Positions 25,855 through 39,414 of a stretch of 64,000 nucleotides of DNA are shown one piece after another (the first letter of the stretch is position 1; each line of letters opens with the position of its first letter). The notes beneath the pieces were generated by a model. That model was not told the DNA's origin. It searched no databases and was given only the letters and a program-made list of their open reading frames with translations. Source of the DNA: the human T2T-CHM13v2.0 reference genome, Homo sapiens. The stretch lies in the NCBI RefSeq assembly GCF_009914755.1, contig NC_060939.1; one strand, written 5' to 3'. Position numbers and translations under genes: made by a program.

Positions 25855-26655
25855 AAGTAGCTTTTATTGAGGACTATTCTAATAGGGATATGGACTAATG
25901 CAATGGGGTTTTGCAGTAGGGGAGTGAGAGGGGGCTCAACTCCAAATGCAACAAGAAAGATTGAGAATTCGTAGCTAAGAGGGAGGGGCTATGGATGAAA
26001 TATTACTAAGAAGAAACATTAAGTATGGGGGTGGTGATATGGTTTGGCTCTGTGTCTCCACCCAAATCTCATGTCTAATTGTAATCCCCACGTGTTGGAG
26101 GAGGGGCCTGGTGGGAGGTGATTGAATCATGGGGGTGGACTTCCCCCTTGCTGTTCTCATGTTAGTGAATGAGTTCTCACGAGATTTGGCTGTTTGAAAG
26201 TGTGTAGCTCTTCCCTTTTCATGTTGTCTCTCTCCTGCCATCATGTGAAGACGTGCTTGCTTCCCCTTCACCTTTCTGCTATGATTGTAAGTTTCCTGAG
26301 GCCTCCCCAGGCATGCCTCCTGTATAGTCTGTGGGACTATGAGCCAATTAAACTTCTTTTCTTTACAAATTACCCAGTCTCAGGTAGTTCCTTATAGCAA
26401 TGTGAGAATAGACTAATGCAGAGGGATTCTGGCTAGTGCGGCCTAACAGGATTCTTGCTGAAGGCAGGCCAGGGTAATCAGACATCATCTGGGGCATGGT
26501 AGGGAATAAGGGATTTGGTCAGATATCAAGGGTATGGGATTCTGATTAAACTGACTTTTCAGGATTCTTGCTAAACTGGCCCTTTGTGGGCATGTCCAAG
26601 AGTAGGGCCCTTCAGAGAAGACTATGTAGCGTTTGGTCCAGGAGAGTCTTTGTCA
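25855..26655 (-). mobile_element. MER31B-like ERV1 LTR split by MSTA
   Basis: ends tttggtccaggagagtctttgtca (reverse complement of MER31 start); caggattcttgctgaaggcaggccaggg. Confidence 0.8.
26035..26420 (+). mobile_element. MSTA solo LTR
   Basis: tgatatggtttggctctgtgtc...gaatagactaatgca; TG...CA ends. Confidence 0.92.
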
Positions 26656-26897
26656 GGTCCCAGTTCTGCCAAAAAATAAGTAACCTTAGGCAAGTCACAA
26701 TAATGTTTGCCCAGTATGTCTCATTGAAGTTCAAAGATCAAATGGAATGATGGTTAAAAACAAGCTTCCAAAGCAATGTGGGAAGATATGCCCTGATACT
26801 AGTGTGGAAACCAAATGGGCTGTTTTTAGTAAGGAATTTGAGATTTGTGGTGCACAAGTGTTAACAGTGGACAGCTGGATGACAATACATAGAATAA

Positions 26898-27190
26898 TGT
26901 GGCAGAGATTGCTGGTTATCCACCGATTCCATTCTTCCCTTCTTCCATAGCATTTGAATCATAATTTGGCATCTGGCTTCCCAGAGACATTCCATTTCCC
27001 AGGCTTCCTTCCTGGGTGGGGCACTGTGAACAATTCTCTCTAATGGAAAGTGAGCAGAAGGGATGTGTGCTGCTTTCACCCTTGTCCTTCTTCGTGTTTG
27101 CTCCCCCATTCTCTTCTCTTTTTCTCCCTGGAAGGGAGACCAGTAGGGTGAGCTAGAAGCTATCTATTGAGGATGGGAGAGCTACCGCCA
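26898..27190 (+). mobile_element. MLT1J-like LTR fragment
   Basis: tgtggcagagattgctgg...catttcccaggcttcc...aatggaaagtgagcagaag. Confidence 0.7.
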
Positions 27191-28544
27191 GTCCTTGAAT
27201 CAGAATCTGTCTCTGGAGCTGGGGATGATGGTCCACTTTTCCTTGAGGCACCTGGGCTGTATCAGAGAATTCTGAAAATGCTAGGGAAGCTTCCTTGAAA
27301 ATGTGCAGATAGAAACAGCTAATGTGTTCATGTCAAAATATTCATAAACATTGGTTAACTATGTCACAATCCCCTCCATTAGTGTAGATTACCAATATTA
27401 TTAATCAATATTTATTGTGTCTATTCTGTGCTGAATGCTGTTCTAGGCACCAAGGTAAAAACCAGAACTTGCCTGTGAACAATTTCTCATCTTTAATCTT
27501 ACCCAAGCACAAATTTTTTTCCCTCTCTCCACTCCTGTTCTTCTGGTGTAGTGCGGGGGATGAGGAAAGGTAGGGTTTCAAGTAATACATATGTAAAGTG
27601 GACCATCTAATTCCTAGGGCACCACATCAAATGTAAAGCACTAAAAGTAATATGATCTTTCTCAGTGCAGACTGGGGTCACCTATAAATATTATTTGCTT
27701 AAGTTTTCCAAAGGGCTTAAACAATAATATAAAACTTAGTTCTGTCTTTTGAATGTAGTTAGAGGAACATGCAATTTAGATTTTAAAAATCAATACAAAT
27801 TAGTCTTAATCTGAATTCACTTCAAGAGAAAGGCAATAGTCCAAGAGATAGTATAATGATTAAGAATCAATTTTTACCGTATATTTTTTTAAAAAATGTC
27901 TCATATATTTGGCATCTGAGACCAGCTCTATAACAAGGTTAAAAAAAAGTAAAACACCAGTAGATCATGGTGAAGTGGCTTCTGTCTATTCACTTAGGAA
28001 GCTTTGAGATTGGGGTTTTGTTTAGGATTTACTGCACAAGGCTAATGCTTGAAATGGAAGTCCACTGGTACAAACAGTAATCTTTGCCCAACTATCTAGG
28101 TACGCAAATTAACGAAGGAGCAAGGAGAGAAGATTCAAAAAATTGCTTATGGTCTACAATAAGGGTTGTTTGCTCAGAAACACAGGTCTTGTTTGGGATG
28201 TCAGTTTAGATCGCCTCTTCAAACTTGACCTGAGACAATTTGGGTGACAGCATCTTGGCAGTCTTAGAGCTTTTTGTAAAGTGTAATGTGCAATGCAATC
28301 ATTCACATTGTGGCTATTCTTCTATTTTACCCTTCCATGTTAGTTTGCTCATCTATCCCTCATTGCTCTTGATATCAATAGCTGGACCAATTTCTTCCAG
28401 GAGAAGAAGGCCCCACTCACATGCATGGCCGTTCCAGGCCTGAAAGGGGAATATGCAAGTGTCTGTGTGGATGTGTGCATGTGCACTTCTGTCATGGGTC
28501 ACAGGAATTAGCCATTGATTAAATGAAATATTAAGAATGAAATT

Positions 28545-28790
28545 ACTAGCTACAGTTATTGAGAGCCTACCATAAGGCAGGCACCATACAAGGCTTTTTG
28601 CATGTGTGATCTTTAATCCTCACAACTGCTCTTGGGGTTACATAGCGTTCCTGGCCTATAGGAAGAAATGGAGCTTGGAGAGGTTCAACAACTTGCCTAA
28701 GCTCAAATAGGTGGTGAGCAGCAGAGCTCAGATTCAAGGCTTGGGCACAGAAGCCCAAGCTCTTTCCATGTCACTGAGCCTCTGCTTCCA
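28545..28790 (-). mobile_element. MIR
   Basis: ttattgagagcctaccataaggcaggcac...tttaatcctcacaac...gagaggttcaacaacttgcc. Confidence 0.8.
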
Positions 28791-29532
28791 ACAGCTGATG
28801 TGTCCCGACATTCTCTGTCTCCTACCAGGTAAGGAGGATATCTGAAAGTAAACTTGTGTTTCTCTAAGCTTTCTTTTGGGATAAAATACTTTCCAGAAAT
28901 TGAAATAATTTTATTTTGGAAACCTGGGGTGGGGCTGGAACTCTCTCTGTGCAATAAAATTATAATGACAATAGTAGTAGTTACCATTTTTGAGAGATTA
29001 TCATGTATTACCCTGTGAGGGAGTTAACTATTATCATCCCCATTTCAGTCCACCTCTGAACTGAATCACAGAAAAAATGAGAATTTTGCCCAAGGTCACG
29101 TGGATACTAGTGGCAGATCCAGCATGGCCAGCAAGACCATCTGCAGCCACAGCACACGTTGAGCAAGGGGTGGGGGGTACTGAGGAGCTGAAGTGAACCC
29201 CAGCTCTGCAGGTGATCATCCACATTAGCGCAGCTCCACATTAAGCTCCTGGGCCTCAGTTGGAGTCTCATCTGTAAAACAGGTGGTGTCTCTCTGACTT
29301 TCCCAGGGGATGGGGGAGTAGAGAGATTTGCCAAAGCCAGAAGATAGATTCTTCTCCCCTTGCAAACTTGCTTTTGAGGGTAAGATTTGTTCTCCTGGAG
29401 CACTTTGGTCTGGAAATGCCCCTGAGTAAAACCCAAAAAAGGGGAAACCAGGAATTCTCTATTTTGGAATCACTCTAGATTTGAAGAAAGAAAAGAGCAA
29501 AAAGGATCCTCTTGTTTGCTTCTAGGTTTTGA

Positions 29533-29880
29533 TGAGTCACACTGACTCAACAAACCTGGCACTCATATTTTCAGATCAGAGGTTTCATTGAGGATGGGAG
29601 TGGGGTGATTTTTCAAAATTAATTGGCTATTTTAAATTTACAAATAAACATTGTATGTTTATCTTGTACAACATGATGTTCTGAAATACTTGGAAACCAT
29701 GAAATGGCAAAATCAAGCTAATTAACAGATGCATTGGGGTGGCGGGTGGGGCGGTGCATTTTCCCAGAGCAACCACTAGTCTTGTATTTTGGAATCTGTT
29801 GTTCTCAAAGCTCCCCACTGGGATGGCTGAGTCAAAACAAGCAAGGACAAGACCATCTTTGCTTTCCGTGCGTCGACTCA
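29533..29880. promoter_or_regulatory. AP-1 motif cluster, candidate enhancer
   Basis: TGAGTCA-cac-TGACTCA (29533-29549) and TGAGTCA (29828-29834). Confidence 0.4.
29628..29734 (-). mobile_element. L1MA 3'-end fragment
   Basis: tgtacaacatgatgttctgaaata...aatcaagctaattaacagatgcatt. Confidence 0.75.
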
Positions 29881-30767
29881 GACTTTCAACCAACAAGATC
29901 CCCCTGAGTAGCTCCTAGCATGAGCATCTGAGAATGCTCAGGCAGCAGCTGCTCCAGGAACTCACCAGCACTGTTGTAAGCTATGCAGCTTGTGCCAGCT
30001 TTTTCTATCCCCAAATGAAAGACCCTCCTATGGCCACAAGGCAAGGAGGTGCAGGTGGCAAAGGATCTGATGTTCTTTGTAGCTGCACCACTAGGGCCTG
30101 GTTCAGGGTCTGTCTCACAATGACAGCTCGCGAATGCTGCTAACTCACTCTGTCGCTTTGGACGCTTGACCTCTCAAAGACATTTTCCCTGCCTAAAAGG
30201 TTATCATTTCAAGTACAAAATGAGACCATTTTTATAAACGAGCTTTGTAAACTCCAAAGTATTATATAAATGTAAAGGAAGTAAAAAAACACATTTTTTA
30301 TAATCACTTCTCAAATATACTCATACAGGCAAACTGGCCTGGCTCCCTGGCAACAGGGTACAGCATCATGAGGGCTGAGAAATCCTCCTTCATAGGGCAT
30401 TTTTGAGGAGTGAATAATACACTGGAAAGTGTAGAGCACTGGTTAAAGAGGACTTTGTAGTAGCGGCCCCGTAACCCACACAAGCCCCATAATTTCTGCA
30501 CTGGTTTCTAAACAATTCAAGAAATTTCCTCAGTCAGTGAACCTACTTTGGTTGTCACTTTCACTATTCAACAAATGTTTCCATCTCCTGCTTTTGGGGC
30601 ATATGAGATAATTGCATTTCTCTGCCCCTCCTCGAAATCGAGGTGTCCTTGTGTGCTGGGAATTCTCTGGGCCCCTGAGGTACATTCCCACTCTTCTCCA
30701 CCGCCCCATACATGGGAGGCTGATCCTTATAGGCTGCATATTCAAGGCACTTTAAGGATTTTGTCAC

Positions 30768-31189
30768 TGTATTAGGCCATTTTTACACTTCTATAAAGAA
30801 ATATCTGAGACTGGGTAATTTATAAAGAATGTTTAATAGGTTCATAATTTTGCAGACTGTACAGGAAGCATCGTGCTGGCACCTGCTCAGCTTCAGGGGA
30901 GGCCCCAGGAAACTTACAATCATGGTGGAAGGTGAAGGGGGAAGAAGCACATCAGATGGCCAGAGCAGGAGCAAGAGAGCAAGAGGGGAGATGTCACATG
31001 CTTTTAAACAACCAGATCTCCAGAGAACTCATTCACCATCATGAGAACAGTTCCAGGCGGATGGTGCTAAACGATTCATGAGAGATCCGCCCCCATGATC
31101 TAATCACCTCCCACCAGGCCCCACCTCCAACATCAGGGGTTATATTTCAATATGAAATTTGGATAGAGATACACATCCAAACTCTATCA
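30768..31189 (-). mobile_element. MSTA solo LTR
   Basis: tgtattaggcc...catccaaactctatca; perfect 5-bp TSD gtcac (30763-30767 / 31190-31194). Confidence 0.93.
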
Positions 31190-32929
31190 GTCACCATCTA
31201 ACCCAGATGTTAGAATGAGCTGTTTCCTCTTTCAAGATTCAGATGAAATTATCTTACCCCCAGATTTATGAATTGTTTTGCTGTCCTGAATGGGCCATCA
31301 TTATTTCATATCTTTGTCTCTTAGATATGGAAGTCATCCATTGCTTTTATCTATGCCCACTCCACAATCCACAATCATAAGGAAGGCCTTTGGTTTATGT
31401 CTTTACTGTTTGGAGGAGAACCAGACGGTTTACATCACTGATGGACAAGCAGTTTAGAATTGAATATCAGATATTCTTATACTGATTATTGTCCCTCTGT
31501 TCTTTCCACCAATTCAGACTTCAGTCGTTCATGAACCTGTACTTGTTCACACTTTTCTTTCCTTTGCTTCTCCTTCCAAAACCAGCTCTGGACCTCCCTT
31601 TGCATAACCAATGATTTGTTAGCACTCTGCTAGACGGTGGGGCTTATTCTCTGGGTCTCACTCCTTCTTCCTCCTCTACTTGTTTCCACAGTGGGCGGGA
31701 GCTGCACAGTTGCATCCACATTGCATGGATTATGTCAGCTTACCCTCACATCTTTCTCTACAGCCCCATCCATCCCTAGTCACTTTCAGAATACAAAAGC
31801 AGGCACAGCCAATGTCGGATTTAAATACCTCCCACCCTCCAAACATACTCTCCGCACACACCCTCTGCATCCCAGTTTGCATTGCCTTTCTTTGCTTCTT
31901 CTCACCGTGGGTATGGAAAAGCCTTGAAGGCACTGACTAAGCAGAAAAAGGGGGCCCAGGAGTCCTGGCTGTAGTGAAGACCATAGGCCATTAGGGCTAA
32001 ATCAGGGCAGTTGCTGACCACAAAGGGGTTTGGGAACTAGAGCCCACTTGATTCCCAGCTGCTGTCAGCTGCTGGGCTAATTCTCTGAGAAGAAATACCT
32101 AGTGCTTTACATGGGTATTCACAGCTTTGGAAGTTCTACATCCTGGCCATCTCTTCATTCCATTCTACAACAAAATATAAACTATCAAAACAAATTCCTC
32201 ATCATTACTAGCAAATTAATACAAAGCATATGCCACACTTTGCTACCTCTGAATCTCTCCACTTTTCTGTCCTCCCCGCTGGTGCCATATTTCAGCACTC
32301 TGGCCAGGACCAGTATGCCTCCTGATGGGCCTGCCTGCCCTCTGCCTCTTCAGGTGCAATTGGGTCTACCTCTCCCTTGTGTTTTAGTTAAAAAAAAAAT
32401 ACTATCTTTGTGGACTTTAATAATAGAAGTAGTACTTGCTCACTGTAAAAAATACAGACAATAAATATTTAGAAAGAAAAAGTGGAAGTCCTCCAGACCC
32501 TACTCTAATCACTCCCTAGAGATAGCCACAGTTAATAGTTATATTGTATCCTTTCATGCATGTTCCTATGTACATATAAACACATACAAAGATATAAATG
32601 CATGCACACATACACACACACATGCTCGCTTTGGTACATATTATTCTGCAACTTGATCTTCTTAACAATATATGGAGAGATTGCTCCATGTCGATACAAA
32701 TCAGCCTACCCTCTATTTTCAAAGGCTGTGAAATAGTTCATTTATTTTACGAATTTACTCATATTTGTTTAGCCAGTCCTATTGATGAACATTTAAATGT
32801 TTCACATTTTTGTTGTTACAGACTATGTGCTTCAATGAATAGTCTTTTAGGTATATCTATGTATATGTTCAAACATTTTTAAATGCTTGCTGACCATTGC
32901 TTTTAGATCTATAGCAGTTAAAAAGGTAG

Positions 32930-33046
32930 TGGCTGAGGTGGGAGGATCGCCTGAGCCTAGGAGATTGAAGGTGCAGTGAGCCGTGATTATGCCACTGCAC
33001 TCAAGCCTGGGTGACAGAGTGAGACCCTGTCTCAAGAAAAAAATAA
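32930..33046 (+). mobile_element. Alu monomer fragment (FLAM/FRAM/AluJ-type)
   Basis: ggctgaggtgggaggatcgcctgagcc...gagaccctgtctc plus A-rich tail. Confidence 0.88.
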
Positions 33047-33390
33047 ATTTCTAAGCAATAAATATACAGCTTTTAAAAAATCAAATAGCACTGTTAGGTT
33101 TATGATGAAAAAGCAGTCTCTTGCTCTCCCATGCCACATCCTCAGTTTCGTCTCTTCACATGGAACTTCTTTCAATTCTGTTACCCGTAGTGTGATCTCA
33201 TTTTTTTCCTGTACAATTTATTATTTTCTCTGGAATTGTTGTGTTATTTGTTCATTTTCTTGATTTTCCATGTATATTTCACTTTTTCACCCTAAACTTA
33301 TCAATAGAAATAAAAATCTTTTTATACTTTCAAACTCTTTGGTCATATCAACATTTCTTTTTCTTTTTCTCTTGGAGATATCTTCTATAG

Positions 33391-33710
<320 letters not shown>

Positions 33711-35450
33711 TTGTCCTATCTTTCTAATCAGGAATCCTTTTTTTTTCCCTTAGTATTGCCACATAATTGTCAGTTGTCATCTCGGAACTTCCATGCTTAT
33801 CAACCTGGGTATTCTCTTTGCCTCTCTCCTGTGTTGAATTTTCTGTTTCTTTAGTTTTATGTCTTTCTTTCTTCGTATTTACTGCCATACAAAGCACCTG
33901 GCACAATATCTTTACAGAACAGCAGTGTATGCACTCAAGTATTTGTTGACTGACAGAATGAATAAACGTGTAATTGAATTAACATCTTACTGCTAGGCTA
34001 GACCATTGGTTGAGCCTCCAACAAAATAGCATATCTGCGTATTGGCTAAGAATTCTGTGAAATCTTCAGAGTGTAAACTTGAGACCCTGACAGCAATTAA
34101 GCACCTAGGTGTGAGCTGCATGGTCTAGCTTAGTGGTGGAATCCATGGCCATGGAAATGTATAAAGCTAGCTGGCAAACGTATAAAGCTAGCTGGCTTTT
34201 GCAGAAAGTCAGCCTCCTGCCCTTGGCCTCATTAACTCACTGCTCCATCCAACAGAGCCAACTAGCCACAGGCAAGCAGCTCCTGAAATAGCCTGGTAAG
34301 CTGACCTGCATATCACAGCCCCTGGCTTTTGGCCCTAATGAGGATTGCTATTGTCCTTGAATTTAGCTCGATTCTTCTCAGCAGGCTGCCCTTTCAGGAC
34401 GTGTCTTATCAGCAGTCACTGCCCCAACAAGGTGAGGAGGGTTTTCTCTTCTCATAATGACTCTCTATGTGTTTTGTCCAGACCAATTTACTACTGCAAC
34501 CCACCTTCACTCAGTGGAGCTTTGCTCTAAGCTCCAAAGGTTAAGGTCAAGCTTTCTTCAAAAGTCTTTCTTCCAAAACCTTAAATCATTTATTTGTTTG
34601 CCTTCCACTGCACCTTTTCAAGCTCAGTCAGCATTACCCTTTCTTTGCCCACAGTTCAGAATTATAGGGACCTCAAAGAACACAGGCTGTTGATGCCTTC
34701 TATTCCTTCTTTGACTCAGATTTTTACCAGAGCCAGCAGTCCTAAGTAAAAGCCACTCTGTTCTGGCTGCCACTGTGTATTTCATATATTTCAGAATTCC
34801 TGGTTGTAATGTGGGGATGGCTGCTGTTTTCATGGGATTACACAGTTGTGGAAACTCTTCAGTGGGTGGGGAAAGTGAGAGGGACCTTTAATAAGGGGAT
34901 GAAAGGGCAGGCGGGGAGGCAGGAAGCTGCTCAGAGTGGGGGCTGCTTGAGGTACTTTTCTCTGCCATTTTCCAGGGTGGGAGATTTTCCCCTTAAAAAT
35001 AACATGGGCTCATCCTTATCCAAGACCTACTTTGTGCCGATTCTACACGTATATGACCTCACTGAATTTCTACTATTAACCCACAAGATGGGAAACTGGG
35101 GCTTCAGAAGTTGGCCTTGCCCAAGGTTGCATAACTAGTGATTGGCCCACCTAGGATTTAAATTCATGCCTATCTCCAAAGGCCATGCTTATTGTCAAAC
35201 AAAGCGGCAGGAGGACCAGAGACAAGAGGAAAAAAAAGGAAGAGAGCTAGGTCCTTCGGGTCCTGCAGCATCCTACCTCCCTGTGGTGGAACCAGGGATG
35301 CAGCACTCAGACCTCCCTTCTGGCAAGGGCTGGCTGTTCAGTTTCTGTAATGGGGTAAGCAGACAGCTTCTACCCGCAGTTCCTTCAAGTCAGCCTCGGC
35401 GTCAAAATATGAACCTCAGTGAGACACAAAGCCCAATATGAGACAGGTGC

Positions 35451-35556
35451 TAGGGCAACCAGTTGTCCTGCTTTGCCCAGGATGACAGGACGTACAGAAT
35501 ATGAGATCTTCAGTGCTAAAACAAGGAAAATCTGGCAACCCAGGAGAAGTTGGTCA
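35451..35556. mobile_element. MER94 (hAT-Blackjack)
   Basis: tagggcaaccagttgtcctgctttgcccagga...ttcagtgctaaaac...gttggtca. Confidence 0.7.
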
Positions 35557-37477
35557 ATATATGACAACATTGATGGGCTATATTTACTTCACAACTTCCC
35601 ACTGGGTTGGTAAGTCTTTGTCTGACCTCTTACCCTCACCACAGTCCTGTTTCTTTCTCTGTCTTATCTTGTTTTTTTCCCCTCCCTTCCATAGGTATCA
35701 ACCCCTGATAAATACCATGCACATTAGATTCCAACTTTTCCTTCCAAGACAACTCCTGAAAACGTCCACAACCATAGAACTTCAATGTCCTGGAAGAATG
35801 CAGAAGAACCCCAACAATCAAGAACCCTAGGCAGAAAGGGCTATGGTATGTGGGAGAGAATAAGGGCAGAGAATCTGACATTTTCACTCTCAGACACAGA
35901 GACTATTCAACTGTAAAAGTCAACTGGTACACAGAGCCACGCTGATGATATTTTGACTTGTTAACGGAGAGAAGAGGAAATAGATTACAGGTAACCACAG
36001 ACACCAGGAAGAGTGCAAGGAGTGATGGGCAACACCAAGTTGTGCAAACATTTATGCAAATATTTTCTCTTTTCTTGGCAGGGATGTTTTTGTCACCTTC
36101 TGGCCTCAGCTGCCTGGCTAGGCTCTTCCTACCTAGGCTTTTCTTTGTGGCTGCAATTTGATGAGAATAATATATAACTGATGGAAGGGCTCTCTAGGTG
36201 CAGTTTTCTTAGATTAAATATGGATTTTGGTGAAGATGTGCTTTTTCAGTTAAAAAAAAATCCTATTCCTAGAAATAAGCTTTGTCCTTAACTATAGGTC
36301 AGAGGTGATCCACCCGCTCTAGGAAAATCCACCTCCACATTTCAGTGTGGGCCATATATGCCCATCCTACTCAGGTGTGCATCAAGATGGAGCACACCAC
36401 TTTACCACTTCTTGAAGTTTCCAAGGGAGAATGGTTTGGGACAGGTGTTTGTACAGGAAGATAGAAGGTAGTCGGAGAGTCATCTTCTCTGATAGTCATA
36501 GTCCTCTCTGTGTGACAGCTCTGCCACATCCACGTCGCATACTTCTTTACACTTCATCACACCTGTTCACACATAGGAGAATTGACGAATCAATTAACAG
36601 CATCCTGCTGGTGCTCACACATCACTTTGCATCAAATCAGCAATTCTTTTGATGGGGGCTGACGTTTACCATCCTTGTTGGAAACTTTCCAAGGCATGAA
36701 TTAAAATACAACCAAACTTAACTATGAAATCATTGAGAGGATTGGTAAAGGCCACAAACATTTAAAGTTTCAAGTGGGAATGAAATCTGCTTGCTTATTT
36801 TAATGCGACATGATGTTGCACTGTGTGGAGTGCTAACTACCACTTGCGAGGCATTTGGGTTTGGGAAAAAAGGATTCCCTCTGAATTGAGTTCCATGAGA
36901 AACTCGTTAGAAAAATTATCCACATTAGAAAAATGTGGATAATATTCTATCACAATTTTTACCTGTAGGGTTGTTTAGGATCAAATGATATACTGTGTGT
37001 GAAAGCACTCTTGTCAAACAGCAAAGAGCCATGGCATACAATGTATTTTAGCATATTGCAATAATAATAAATAATAATAATAATACAAAACAGATAATCC
37101 AACAATAATAGATTGATGAAGAAACTCATTACAAAAACTGATAAATTTTTAAAAAACAGTAGTAATTGGCCATTATGGGTAGCACAGTCAGATAGAACTG
37201 TGCTTAGTCTATCTGACTGTGCTTAGGAAGTCTTAGGAAGATTTTTTTTTGGTAGAGGATGTTTCTTACCTAGATTTCAGATACCAAAAGCTTGACTGAA
37301 ATAGTTATTTAGGAACCTGTTCTTAAAGACTGATGGCATGCTAGTGCTTCAAAATCCTTAGGGGAGTTTTCTTTTAACCCTTTGATTATGAAAAATGTCA
37401 AACACTCAAAGATAAAAGTTTACAGTAAGCACCCATATACTCACCACCTAGATTTTGCCATTAATATTTTACTATAG

Positions 37478-37787
<310 letters not shown>

Positions 37788-38486
37788 CATTTATCTCTTT
37801 TTTATCCACCAATCCGTCTTAATTTTTTATGCATTCCACAATAAGTTTCAGTAATCAGTATATTTCTTCCCAGAATAGAGAATCTAGAAATAGACCCATG
37901 TACATATGAGAAAATGATGTGTGACAAAGGCACAAAGCCCTTTTTCATTTATTAGGTTGGTGCAAAAGTGAAAGTAGAGAAAGGAAACTTTTCAACAGTG
38001 ACGCTGGAACATTGGATATCTATATGCAAAAAAAAAAAAAAGCACTTCAATCTGTATCTTGCCACATGTAAAAATATCAACTTAAAATGAACCATTGCCC
38101 AACGTGTAAAACCTAAAACTAAAAGTCTCCTAAAGGAAAACAGGAGAAAGTCTTTGTGAACTTGGGTTAAGCAAAGATTTCTTAAAAATGACAACAACAG
38201 CACCACCTGTAAAATAACAAATTGATAAATAGGACTTCATAAAAGTCAAAAACTTCTGCTCTTTGAAAGACACCACTAGAGAATAAAAAGACAAGCCACA
38301 GATTTGAAATAAATTTGCAAGCCACATATCTCATAAAGGACTTCTATTCAGAAAATAAAAAGAACTCTTAAAACTCAGCAATAAAATAACAAACAACACC
38401 CCCCCAAAAAACAGGGCAAAAGATCTGAACAAATACCTCACCACAGAAGATGTATAGATGGCAAATAAGTATAAGAAAAGATGCTC

Positions 38487-38804
38487 GGCTGGACGCAGTG
38501 GCTCACGCCTGTAATCCCCACACTTTGGGAGGCCGAGGTGGGCGGATCACAAAGTCAGGAGATTGAGACCATCCAGGCTAACACGGTGAAACCTGTCTCT
38601 ACTAAAAATACAAAAAAAGGAGCCAGGTGTGGTGGCGGGCATGGTGGCAGGCACCTGTAGTCCCAGCTGCTAGGGAAGCTGAGGCAGGAGAATGGAGTGA
38701 ACTCAGGAGGCAGAGCTTGCAGTAAGCCAAGATCGCGCCACTGCACTCCAGCCTGGGTGACAAAGCGAGACTCCATCTCAAAAAAAAAAGAAAAAAAAAA
38801 AAAG
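38487..38804 (+). mobile_element. AluY
   Basis: diagnostic ggctaacacggtgaaac and gaatggagtgaac...gagcttgcag; TSD agaaaagatgctc. Confidence 0.95.
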
Positions 38805-39307
38805 AGAAAAGATGCTCAACTTTGTTTGTCATCAGGGAAATAGAAATTAAAACAACAATGAGATACTACTATATACCTAACAGAAAGGCTAAAGCCAAAA
38901 AAAAAAAAAACAGAAGAAAAAGATAAAAAAAAGAAATCTGACCATCCCAAGTACTGATGAGAATTTGGAACAATAAGGACTCTCGTTAATTGCTGGTGGG
39001 AATGCAAAATAGTATAGCCACTTTGGAAGACATGTGGCAGTTTCTTATAAAGTTAAACACAGATTCATCATATGACCTAACAGTGTACTCCTAGGTATTT
39101 ACCCAGCTAAAGAAACTTATGTCCACACAAAAACTTGCACATGAATGTTTTTAGAAGATTTATCCATAATTGCCAAAAACTGAAAGTAACAAAGATATCC
39201 TTCAATAAGTGAATGGCTAAACAAATCATAGTATATCCATACAACAGAATGTTTTTTGATAATAAAAAGGAGTGAGCTATCACACAACATCGATGAATTC
39301 TATTAGG

Positions 39308-39369
39308 TTAGGTTGCTGCAAAGGTAATTGCAGTTTTGGCTATTACTTTTACTTTTGCACCAACTTGAT
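39308..39369. mobile_element. MADE1 mariner MITE, internally deleted
   Basis: ttaggttgctgcaaaggtaattgcagttttggc...acttttgcaccaacttga. Confidence 0.85.
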
Positions 39370-39414
39370 AAATTCATTTTGCTAAGGTGGAAGAAGCCAG
39401 ATTCAAAAGGTTAC

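Noticed and set aside
39308-39369. miR-548-type precursor
   Set aside because: This MADE1 lacks much of its 3' arm, so the hairpin is incomplete.
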